Shown piece by piece: positions 56,471 through 64,000 of a stretch of DNA of 64,000 nucleotides. Source of the stretch: Dehalococcoidia bacterium (GTDB lineage Bacteria; Chloroflexota; Dehalococcoidia; Lucifugimonadales; VXLM01); assembly GCA_965247555.1 (NCBI GenBank), contig CBDFHR010000009.1:1604060-1668059 (forward strand). The letters are read 5' to 3'. The notes below the pieces were generated by a model, which made no database searches, had not been told where the DNA came from, and saw only the letters and a program-made list of their open reading frames with translations. The stretch's first letter is position 1, and each line of letters starts with the position of its first letter. The position numbers and the translations under genes are program-made.

Positions 56471-57463
56471 ATGTCTGACATGACCAACACCTACGACGAC
56501 TCGATTGTGATCGACGGATTGAACGTGAGCAACTGGGACTCGGATCGGGCCCTTGAGGGGATATATGCCGGTCGGGTCACGGCGTTCAACGCCACGATAG
56601 CCATATTTGAAAAATTCCACGAGGCGATGGACAACATTGCCGGATGGTACGAGCGCCTCGACCGCTGGTCGGACCGCCTGACACCCATCACCTCGGTCGA
56701 CGACATCCGCGAAGCGAAGCGCACCGGCAAGAGCGGGGTCGTTTTCGGCTGGCAGAACGCGTCGCCCATCGAGAACAACCTCGACCACCTGGAAACATTC
56801 CACAAGGCCGGCGTGCGGGTTATTCAGATCACGTACAACGAGCGCAACCTCCTGGGAAACGGGTGCTATGAGCGTACCGACGACGGGCTGAGCAATTTTG
56901 GCGTGGATGCCGTCAAGGAGATGAACAGGCTGGGCATCCTAATCGACCTCTCCCATGTCGGGGACAGAACGACCCTGGAGACGGCGGAGCTGTCCGACAA
57001 GCCCGTCGCGGCGACCCACGCCAACGCACGGTCGTTCGTCGACCATCCGCGCAACAAGACCGACGACGCCCTGAAGCTCATCGCCGATAAGGGCGGCATC
57101 ATCGGCGCGACCTGCTGGCCGCCGTTCCTCCCCAATAAGTTTGAATCGACCCTGCGCGACTATGGCGACGCCATCGACGACATGGTCGAGCGTGTCGGCA
57201 TCGACCACGTCGGCATCGGAACCGACTACACCATCGACCGAACGAAGGAGTGGTTCGACGTGCTCCTGTCGCAGCAGGGCACGAAGTGGAACCCCCGCCG
57301 GCTCAATTACCCCGACACCGTGACGCACCCCGTCGGCATCGAGACACCCGACAAGTTCCCATCCATCGCCGACGAACTGGCCAGGAGAGGCTACACGTCA
57401 GAACACATCACGAAGGTGCTGGGCGGAAACTTCATGAGGGTCTTCGGGGAGGTCTGGGGCTGA
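56471..57463 (+). CDS. membrane (renal-type, M19) dipeptidase family protein
   Basis: Contains IDGLNVSNW, GVRVIQITYNERNLLGNGC, LGILIDLSHVG and HVGIGTDY. Confidence 0.85.
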   Translation: MSDMTNTYDDSIVIDGLNVSNWDSDRALEGIYAGRVTAFNATIAIFEKFHEAMDNIAGWYERLDRWSDRLTPITSVDDIREAKRTGKSGVVFGWQNASPIENNLDHLETFHKAGVRVIQITYNERNLLGNGCYERTDDGLSNFGVDAVKEMNRLGILIDLSHVGDRTTLETAELSDKPVAATHANARSFVDHPRNKTDDALKLIADKGGIIGATCWPPFLPNKFESTLRDYGDAIDDMVERVGIDHVGIGTDYTIDRTKEWFDVLLSQQGTKWNPRRLNYPDTVTHPVGIETPDKFPSIADELARRGYTSEHITKVLGGNFMRVFGEVWG

Positions 57464-57638
57464 GGTCCGGTCGATTTGCAATCGCATTCCACGGCTTTAG
57501 GCTGTGGCGCACCCCGCTAACAGGTCCTTAACTGAGCGCTAACCGTGCGTTAATTCAATCGGCTTGCACGTAGGGTACGGTTGGATGTCGGGGATGACCC
57601 CAGCGAGACCAATTCACCTATAGGGAGCCACACTTCGT

Positions 57639-58394
57639 ATGAAACAAGACCCGAGGCGACGCATCGAAATCGAGGGGGCGTACAACGTCCGCGACATCGG
57701 CGGGTATGAGACGGCTGACGGGCGGATGACTCGTTGGCAGACGTTCCTGCGGGCGGACAATGTGAGCACGCTGCCACAGCACTCACAGGACACGCTCACG
57801 TCGACCTTCGGAATACGAACGGTGATAGACCTCCGTCGGCAGGACGAGATCGACGGGCAGCCGGATAACGTACTCGCTCGGTCACCGCGCGTGCGGTACC
57901 ACAACGTCGATATCGTAGGTGACATGGTGTTCGATCAGATCGAGAGTACGGAGCCGCGAGAGAGGATTCATGCGAGCTACCGCAACATGCTCGACCGGCA
58001 AGGTTGCATGTTTGGCGAGGCGCTGCGCGTACTTGCGCAGCCGGGGGCGCTTCCGGCCATGTACCACTGCATGGGCGGTCAGGACCGGACGGGTCTCGTC
58101 TCCGCCATGCTCTTGAGTCTGGCCGGTGTGCCGACGGAGACCATTGCGGCCGACTACACGCTGACGGCGGAGTATCGCGTCGATGCGTACTTGGGCCCCA
58201 ACTCGATAGAGCCGGAAGCCGATCCCGCCGACTACACCGTAGAGGCATACCGCGCACGTAACTGCCCACAGGAAGTCATGCTCGACACGCTGGGGTATCT
58301 GGAAGAGCAGTACGGGGGAGTGGAAGCCTACGTTCGTTCGGTGGGCGTGACGGCCGAGGATATCTCTGCGTTGCGCGCGGCTCTCGTCGACTAG
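57639..58394 (+). CDS. tyrosine-protein phosphatase (Y_phosphatase3-like)
   Basis: NVRDIGGY near the N-terminus and the CX5R P-loop HCMGGQDRTG. Confidence 0.85.
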   Translation: MKQDPRRRIEIEGAYNVRDIGGYETADGRMTRWQTFLRADNVSTLPQHSQDTLTSTFGIRTVIDLRRQDEIDGQPDNVLARSPRVRYHNVDIVGDMVFDQIESTEPRERIHASYRNMLDRQGCMFGEALRVLAQPGALPAMYHCMGGQDRTGLVSAMLLSLAGVPTETIAADYTLTAEYRVDAYLGPNSIEPEADPADYTVEAYRARNCPQEVMLDTLGYLEEQYGGVEAYVRSVGVTAEDISALRAALVD

Positions 58395-58488
58395 CAGCCT
58401 CGCATTTAGGGGCCGTCCGACCTCTCTTCTCATGTGCGGGGATCACGTCCGGTTTGAAGATTCCGACATACTGTGACACCATATCGAC

Positions 58489-59397
58489 ATGAGAATCGGT
58501 GAATTTGAAGTCGTCGAACCGCTACCGGAGTTGGAGGACGCCATCGCCATAGCGATGCTCCGACCATGGGTCGACGTGGGAAGCTCCGGGACCCTCACCC
58601 TGAAGATCCTCGAACGCCAGATGACAGCGACCGAGCTAGGCCGACTGGCCCGTCCCGGCAAGTTCCTCGACTTCACTCGCGAGCGCCCCGTTATGAAGTG
58701 GGTCGACGGCATCCGATCGCTCGATATCCCGAACAGCGTCATCAACTATGCCCGCGATCCGGCGGCAGGGCGGGACTTCCTCTTTCTCCATCTCCGAGAA
58801 CCGCACATGTATGGGGAAGACTACTGCGACACCGTCGTCGAGCTGGTAAAGCGCTTCAACGTGGTCGAATACTGCCGCATCGGCGGCATGTACGACCAGG
58901 TGCCTCATACGCGACCGCTCAAGATCACCGGTAGCCTGCCGGACAAGCACCTCGACCGCCTTACCGGGTTCCTTGCCCCGAGACGAAGCACCTACCAGGG
59001 GCCGACCAGCATCGTCAACCTCATTGGAGAGGGACTGGAAGAGGCGGGCATCGAATCGTCCAGCCTCATGGTGCATCTTCCGCACTATGTCCAGCTCGAT
59101 GAAGACTACATGGCCACGGCCCGCCTTCTCGAAGCCCTGTGCGGGATGTACAACCTGCCGACCTTTCTTGCCAACAAAACGCGCGGCGAACGGCAGTACG
59201 AGCAAATCGAACGCGCCCTTGCTAGCAACAGCGAGGTCCGCGGCCAGATCGCTCGGATGGAGCAGACCTACGACGAGGAGATCCCCCAAACGCCTGACGA
59301 AGCCCCCGACGAGGTCGCCCTGCCGGAGGACATGGAGAATTTCCTCCGCGATGCCCTCAGGGGTCTGGACGACAAGGAGTCGCAGGGCAAGGAGTGA
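58489..59397 (+). CDS. PAC2 (proteasome assembly chaperone 2-like) family protein
   Basis: Overall pattern (PELEDAIAIAMLRPWVDVGSSG..., YQGPTSIVNLIGE, an acidic C-terminal tail) as in bacterial PAC2-family proteins. Confidence 0.6.
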   Translation: MRIGEFEVVEPLPELEDAIAIAMLRPWVDVGSSGTLTLKILERQMTATELGRLARPGKFLDFTRERPVMKWVDGIRSLDIPNSVINYARDPAAGRDFLFLHLREPHMYGEDYCDTVVELVKRFNVVEYCRIGGMYDQVPHTRPLKITGSLPDKHLDRLTGFLAPRRSTYQGPTSIVNLIGEGLEEAGIESSSLMVHLPHYVQLDEDYMATARLLEALCGMYNLPTFLANKTRGERQYEQIERALASNSEVRGQIARMEQTYDEEIPQTPDEAPDEVALPEDMENFLRDALRGLDDKESQGKE

Positions 59398-59580
59398 AGA
59401 ACTCCCAAGAGTCCGTGTCCGGCAAAATCACAGAATCGTGTGATGCCGCAGTGGGATGTTTGTAATACACTTCGAGTGTAAGGTAGAATGCCCGTTGAGG
59501 TGCTTGACACATTCGCGGGCGGATACTATCGTTAGACTTGGCCCCGAAACCAAGGACGGACCACAAAAGGAGGTCATCCA

Positions 59581-59769
59581 ATGGATAAGATTGGGATGCT
59601 GGGTATAGGAGTCATTCTTGCCATACTTGGCATAATTCTCCGATTGAACCTGATCGACTGGCTCATCGACCTTTCCGGACTCATCCTGCTTGTCATCGGC
59701 GTCGTTCTCATCGTACTCGGCCTGATCAAGATATTCACCGGGAGTGGGAGTTCTCAGACCGACTACTAG
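59581..59769 (+). CDS. small two-helix membrane protein
   Basis: SD AAGGAGG. 62 aa with two hydrophobic segments. A plausible promoter TTGACA-N17-TATCGT lies at 59504-59532. Confidence 0.55.
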   Translation: MDKIGMLGIGVILAILGIILRLNLIDWLIDLSGLILLVIGVVLIVLGLIKIFTGSGSSQTDY

Positions 59770-59954
59770 GCACTCCTTCAAGACCGATTGAACCGGGGGA
59801 ACTTCGCGTTCGACAGGTGAATGGCACGAACGGATTTCGCACGTGGTTTGTCCGTTCTAGGCCCGTCGAAGCACGACTAGTCGATCTATTCAAGGTATAA
59901 TAGTTGACGACCGGAAGCCCCGGCTTCAGAAAAGAGAGATCGGGAGGAAGAACC

Positions 59955-60695
59955 ATGGGCATGCTATCGAGGATGTCGACCGTCGTGAAGGCGAAGATGA
60001 ACCGCCTGATCGACAACGCCGAGGACCCGAAGGAGACCCTAGACTACGCGTACGAGAAGCAGCTTGAGATGCTGCGCGACGTCAAGCGCGGCGTCGTGGA
60101 AATGGTCACGGCGAAGCGTCGTCTTGAGCTTCAGGCAAAGAAGGTTCGGGAGAACGTGAGTAGGCTGGACGACCAGGCCCGCAATGCACTGGGTATGGGG
60201 CGAGAGGACCTGGCGCGCGTCGCCCTCGAACGCAAGCAATCGGCCCTGATGGAGCTAGACGGTCTCGACCAGCAGGTCGTCGACATGGAACACGAGCAGG
60301 AAAAGCTGACCGCGGCGGAGCAGCGCATTCAGGCCAAGGTGCAGGCGTTCCGCAATAAGAAAGAGGTCATCAAGGCCCAGTACAGCGCAGCCCAGGCGCA
60401 GGTGCGGATCGGGTCGGCTCTCTCCGGACTCTCCGAGGAGATGGGCGATGTCTCGCTGGCGGTTGAACGAGCAGAGCACAAGACCGAGTCGATGAGGGCC
60501 AGGGCCGGCGCGATCGACGAGCTCGCGGCGGCCGGCGTACTGGACGACCCGCTCGGGCTCGGCGGCGGACAGGACGATATCGACAGGGAGCTCAACAAGC
60601 TCTCTGCTTCGGCCAGCGTCGAGTCGGAATTGGCCGCTCTCAAGGCGTCCACCGGCACCGCCCAGCCGAAACAGCTTTCGGGAGGCCAGTCATGA
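59955..60695 (+). CDS. pspA: PspA/IM30 family protein
   Basis: ATG 59955 follows GGGAGGA. MGMLSRMSTVVKAKMNRLIDNAEDPKETLDYAYEKQLE is the canonical PspA N-terminus. The rest is coiled-coil. Confidence 0.88.
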   Translation: MGMLSRMSTVVKAKMNRLIDNAEDPKETLDYAYEKQLEMLRDVKRGVVEMVTAKRRLELQAKKVRENVSRLDDQARNALGMGREDLARVALERKQSALMELDGLDQQVVDMEHEQEKLTAAEQRIQAKVQAFRNKKEVIKAQYSAAQAQVRIGSALSGLSEEMGDVSLAVERAEHKTESMRARAGAIDELAAAGVLDDPLGLGGGQDDIDRELNKLSASASVESELAALKASTGTAQPKQLSGGQS

Positions 60696-60970
60696 TTATC
60701 CGAATTCTCACCGAGGGTCAGTGGCGGTTCCCAGCCGCACTGCTCGACAACCTCAACGAAATCGACCACACCATCGTCGACGTCTTGGCCGAGGACGACG
60801 AGGGAGAGTTTCGCGACCTCCTTGCTAAGATGATCGCGATGGTCAAGGAAAACGGCTCTCCCCTCGCACTCGAAGAGTTGGAGGAGTCGGACGCCATCAT
60901 CCCCGAGCCGGACATCACCATCGAAGAGGCGAAAGAGCTGTTCGTGGGCACGGGCGTCGTACCGGGGTAG
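60692..60970 (+). CDS. PspA-associated protein (PspAA-like)
   Basis: 4-nt overlap with pspA. MIIRILTEGQW... is followed by an acidic tail, as in PspAA partners of actinobacterial-type pspA operons. Confidence 0.6.
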   Translation: MIIRILTEGQWRFPAALLDNLNEIDHTIVDVLAEDDEGEFRDLLAKMIAMVKENGSPLALEELEESDAIIPEPDITIEEAKELFVGTGVVPG

Positions 60971-61051
60971 TTTAGGGGTCCTATAACGTTGTGGGCCCGG
61001 CCAGCCGTGCAGTATTCTGTGAATTGACAGCAAGATGAGTCGAGGGTGGTC

Positions 61052-61219
61052 ATGAAAGAGCATGATGGGCGAAACACCGGCGCCGTGAACGGCGCGGGCG
61101 CGAAAATGCCTCGCAAGCGACCGGCCACTCAGCGGCCTACAAGGGAACAGATCCGGAAGGCTACGAAGATGGCCGTCTATCTCCACCGGGAAGCCCTTCA
61201 GGAGCTGGAACGTCTCTAG
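61052..61219 (+). CDS. putative ribbon-helix-helix antitoxin (55 aa; below ORF-track cutoff)
   Basis: Translated by hand: MKEHDGRNTGAVNGAGAKMPRKRPATQRPTREQIRKATKMAVYLHREALQELERL*. The K.TKMAVYLHREALQELERL segment resembles an RHH beta-strand plus helix. It lies directly upstream of doc. Confidence 0.45.
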   Translation: MKEHDGRNTGAVNGAGAKMPRKRPATQRPTREQIRKATKMAVYLHREALQELERL

Positions 61220-61259
61220 GCCAGCGTACTGGTTCCCTACGGTTGACGATGTAACCGAA

Positions 61260-61766
61260 GTGATGTCCGTACTGGCGTCGGAGATGTACCCCGACTACCC
61301 CGACCCGACGCCGGAGTTCCACTTCCTTGGGGGAGACGCCGGCCGGGGCCTTCTCGCTTCTGCCCTTGCCCAGCCAGCTCAGACGTTTTCTGGAACCTAC
61401 CTCAACCGCACCATCCCCGATAAGGCCGCCGTGCTGTTGATTTCTATGATCAAGAACCATCCGTTTGTGGACGGCAACAAACGAATCGCGCTCACTACGA
61501 CCACGGTATTTCTTTCACTCAATGGATGGCTGTTCTATGCGAACCGTGACGACGCGGTGGCGGAGTGCCTGCGCGTCGCCAGCACGGCCGGGAACGTTGA
61601 AAAGGGACCGGTGGCCTCGTGGATACGCAAGAGGTCCATCAAGTGGGAACGCTATCTCGGCATGTCGAAGCGCGAACGCACGAATTGGCGCCGAATCGTC
61701 GTGCCCGCCTCTGAGCAGGCGCTGAGATTCTCCTACCTGTTACGAGAAATGAGGAGTCTGGAGTAG
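61260..61766 (+). CDS. doc: Fic/Doc family toxin (death-on-curing-like); true start uncertain
   Basis: Fic motif HPFVDGNKRIALTT. Doc-like sequence (YWFPTVDDVTEV) continues upstream of the GTG 61260 start in the same frame, without a canonical start codon. Confidence 0.75.
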   Translation: MMSVLASEMYPDYPDPTPEFHFLGGDAGRGLLASALAQPAQTFSGTYLNRTIPDKAAVLLISMIKNHPFVDGNKRIALTTTTVFLSLNGWLFYANRDDAVAECLRVASTAGNVEKGPVASWIRKRSIKWERYLGMSKRERTNWRRIVVPASEQALRFSYLLREMRSLE

Positions 61767-61850
61767 TTATGTCGACCTCCGCCGTGGGAACTTGTACGTG
61801 GATTGCTCCTGCCTTGGAATACCCACGAGTGGCGGGAATCCATTTCCCCT

Positions 61851-62741
61851 TCATTCCTCCAAGAACTCGAAGAGCTCGGCTACCAACTCTTCCGGGCGCT
61901 CCTCAGGGATGAAGTGGCCGCAATCAAGCGGCTTCCCGCGCACGTCGTGGGCGCGTTCACGCCAGACGGAGAGCATGTCGAGGCTCTTACCCGTCTGCCA
62001 GCCTGGACGCTTTCTCATGTCCGCGCCCCACAGCAAGAGGACAGGACACTCCAGCTTCCGCCCACGGTCTACCTCGTCGTGCTGAAGGTCGAGCGCGACG
62101 CCCCGGTAGTCCAGGCAGGTCGCGCGCACGGTATCGGAGTTGTCGAAGCAGCGAAGGTACTCGGCGTAGGCCTCATCGGTGATCGACCCCTCCATGGCCG
62201 TCCAGCGCTCCAGGAGGAAGTCGAGGTACACCTTCGCGTTGCTGCCTATGAGCGTCTCCGGCAGGGGCGAGGGCTGCCGCATCAGGTGCCAGTGAAACCA
62301 CGCGAATGCGAGATCGGCGTCCATGTTCTCGAACGCCGCCTGCGACGGCACAACGTCGAGGCACGTGAAGCTCCTCACCCGTGCCGGATGGTCGAGGGCC
62401 ATCCGATGACCGACACGAGCGCCCCGGTCATGACCCACCACGTGGAATGACTCGAAATCGAGTTGCCGCATGACCTCGACCTGGTCGTTGGCTGTGGTGC
62501 GCTTGCAGTACACGCTCAGGTCATCATCCGGGGCAGGCGGCTTGTCGCTGTCGCCGTATCCCCGCAGGTCGGGCACGACGACGGTGTACCGCTCGGCGAG
62601 GGCAGGAGCTACCTTGTGCCACATCACATGCGTCTGCGGGTAGCCGTGCAGGAGCAGCAGCGGCGGACCGCTTCCCCCGTACCGCAAGTTGATGCCGACG
62701 CCGTTGGCGGTGAGGTTGGTGTGTGTGAAGCCTTCGAACAT
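61851..62741 (-). CDS. alpha/beta hydrolase, haloacetate dehalogenase/epoxide hydrolase-like
   Basis: Contains LLLLHGYPQTHVMWHKVAP, PDLRGYGDS and an Asp nucleophile motif VVGHDRGARV. Confidence 0.8.
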   Translation of the reverse strand: MFEGFTHTNLTANGVGINLRYGGSGPPLLLLHGYPQTHVMWHKVAPALAERYTVVVPDLRGYGDSDKPPAPDDDLSVYCKRTTANDQVEVMRQLDFESFHVVGHDRGARVGHRMALDHPARVRSFTCLDVVPSQAAFENMDADLAFAWFHWHLMRQPSPLPETLIGSNAKVYLDFLLERWTAMEGSITDEAYAEYLRCFDNSDTVRATCLDYRGVALDLQHDEVDRGRKLECPVLLLWGADMRKRPGWQTGKSLDMLSVWRERAHDVRGKPLDCGHFIPEERPEELVAELFEFLEE

Positions 62742-63114
62742 GATTTACTCTCCGTCACTGGCAGCACAGAGTAGGCTACCCACTTGGACAAAATCAAGAA
62801 CCCTTTATGTTGAGGTTCGTTCTGAACCTCTAGGGAGCCTTTCCACAGTGGCCTCAGGCCGTCGACCAGCCTTTCGGACAGGGCCTCGGCCTGCGATATG
62901 ATCTGCCGCACCGCCAAGTCCTCCTCCGGCTACTCCTCTACGGTCCAGGGCCCCCCCGTGGGTCTTCCTGTCATACCCTCTTGTCTCCCATGGAGGAGGG
63001 GATCACATGTTCGCACTCTTGCTGGTTCTGTTTCATTTCCGAGGTAACCTATAGTATGAAGTCCTAGGGCACTGTGCCCCATGCTCTACCAGCGACGGTA
63101 CAGGAGAGCAGAAC

Positions 63115-64000
63115 ATGGACGGTCCAACTGCAGGAATCCATCCTTTGATGTGCACATGGAAAGACTGCGGCCGACGCAACTACACGAAGGGTCTGTGCCA
63201 GATGCACTACCAGCGACAGTACAGAGGGCAGGACATGGACGCGCCTGCCAGAGGAGACCTGCCCACAATATGTACGTGGGAAGGCTGCAAGCGACCGCAT
63301 GCCCATAAGGGACTGTGCTCAGTGCACTACCGGCGCCAGCGCGAGGGTAGCAACATGAACCCGCCCGCAAGAGGAGATTACCCCCAAACGTGTACTTGGG
63401 GGAGCTGCAACCGACCCTATGAGGCGAAAGGTCTGAGTAAGCTACACTACAACCGCCAGCGCGAGGGCAGCGACATGGACATGCCTGTGCGAGGCTCGAC
63501 TTGTACGTGGACGGACTGCGAGCGGCCCAATTACACGAAAGGGCTGTGCCAGATGCACCACCATCGCAAGCGTGATGGCCGCGGCATGGACCCGCCACCT
63601 GTGCGGGCTGTGCCCTGTTCATGGCCCGGCTGTGAGCGGCCCTGTCGTGTCACCAAATCCCTGTGCCATATACACTACGCCCGCAAGCGTGATGGCCGCG
63701 ACATGGACCGACCCGTAAGAGGAGACTCCCCCCCAACGTGTACTTGGGGGAACTGCAACCGACCCCATGAGGCGAAAGGTCTGTGTCGGCTACACTACAC
63801 CCGCTGGCGCGAGGGCAGCGACATGGACGCACCTGTGCGGGGCTCGACATGCACGTGGACGGACTGCGAACGGCCCCATTACACGAAAGGGCTGTGCCAG
63901 ATGCACCACCATCGCAAGCGTGATGGCCGCGACATGGACGCGCCACCTGTGCGGACTGTGCCCTGTTCATGGCCCGGATGTGAGCGGCCCCGTCATGGCA
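63115..64000 (+). CDS. Cys/His-rich tandem-repeat protein (C-x-W-x2-C-x-R-P-x3-K-G-L-C-x2-H-Y-x-R-x-R-x-G-x-D-M-D units), 3' end outside window
   Basis: The frame (codon positions 63115, 63118...) is open from the TAG at 63052-63054 to the window end. It is not in the ORF track because no stop is reached. There are 7 complete units and 1 partial. The first ATG is at 63115, and a degenerate frameshifted unit lies at 63064-63114. Confidence 0.75.
   Translation, partial: MDGPTAGIHPLMCTWKDCGRRNYTKGLCQMHYQRQYRGQDMDAPARGDLPTICTWEGCKRPHAHKGLCSVHYRRQREGSNMNPPARGDYPQTCTWGSCNRPYEAKGLSKLHYNRQREGSDMDMPVRGSTCTWTDCERPNYTKGLCQMHHHRKRDGRGMDPPPVRAVPCSWPGCERPCRVTKSLCHIHYARKRDGRDMDRPVRGDSPPTCTWGNCNRPHEAKGLCRLHYTRWREGSDMDAPVRGSTCTWTDCERPHYTKGLCQMHHHRKRDGRDMDAPPVRTVPCSWPGCERPRHG

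Noticed and set aside
63086-63970. Minus-strand ORFs 63086-63622 (178 aa) and 63650-63970 (106 aa).
   Set aside because: They are antisense shadows of the plus-strand Cys/His repeat gene. Their Ala/Arg/Cys-rich translations carry no motif, whereas the plus frame has a regular C..C...C..H pattern and stays open to the window edge.

Overview
GC-rich bacterial chromosomal window with about 65 protein genes, one tRNA and one IS element. Housekeeping genes (thrS, pheS/pheT, hisS, rel, dnaJ, moeA, fabI, selD, kbl) are interleaved with many catabolic enzymes: amidohydrolases, an amidase, SDR, Gfo/Idh/MocA, an FAD oxidase, a formamidase and an M19 dipeptidase. There are also three very large orphan family-5 solute-binding lipoproteins. 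The gene content, a T-box-like thrS leader and the lipoprotein style suggest a Chloroflexota-like lineage, but this is inference only. The most unusual content is as follows. (1) A gene at 9.2-11.2 kb encodes 12 tandem CxxC...CxEH zinc-ribbon-like modules ending in an HNH nuclease. It sits next to an odd tRNA and is split by a 5-nt insertion. (2) A second, different Cys/His repeat array (C-x-W-x2-C-x-R-P...G-L-C-x2-H-Y) runs off the right edge at 63.1-64.0 kb and is absent from the ORF track. (3) selD has an in-frame TGA at the catalytic-loop Cys/Sec position, so the track start at 45874 is too short. (4) An intact ISAs1-like element with perfect 16-bp inverted repeats and a 10-bp target duplication cuts the C-terminal membrane anchor off a Pro/Thr-rich surface protein. 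(5) Two tandem solute-binding-protein paralogues share a nearly identical promoter, leader and N-terminal repeat tether but have diverged binding domains. (6) An orphan carrier protein, PPTase and hydrolase trio lies beside a decayed permease. (7) There are two copies of a REP-like palindrome. (8) There are small toxin-antitoxin-like pairs and three tandem AIM24/TIGR00266 paralogues. At least seven frameshifts, nearly all at short homopolymer runs and including essential pheT, point to indel errors in the assembly rather than real pseudogenes.
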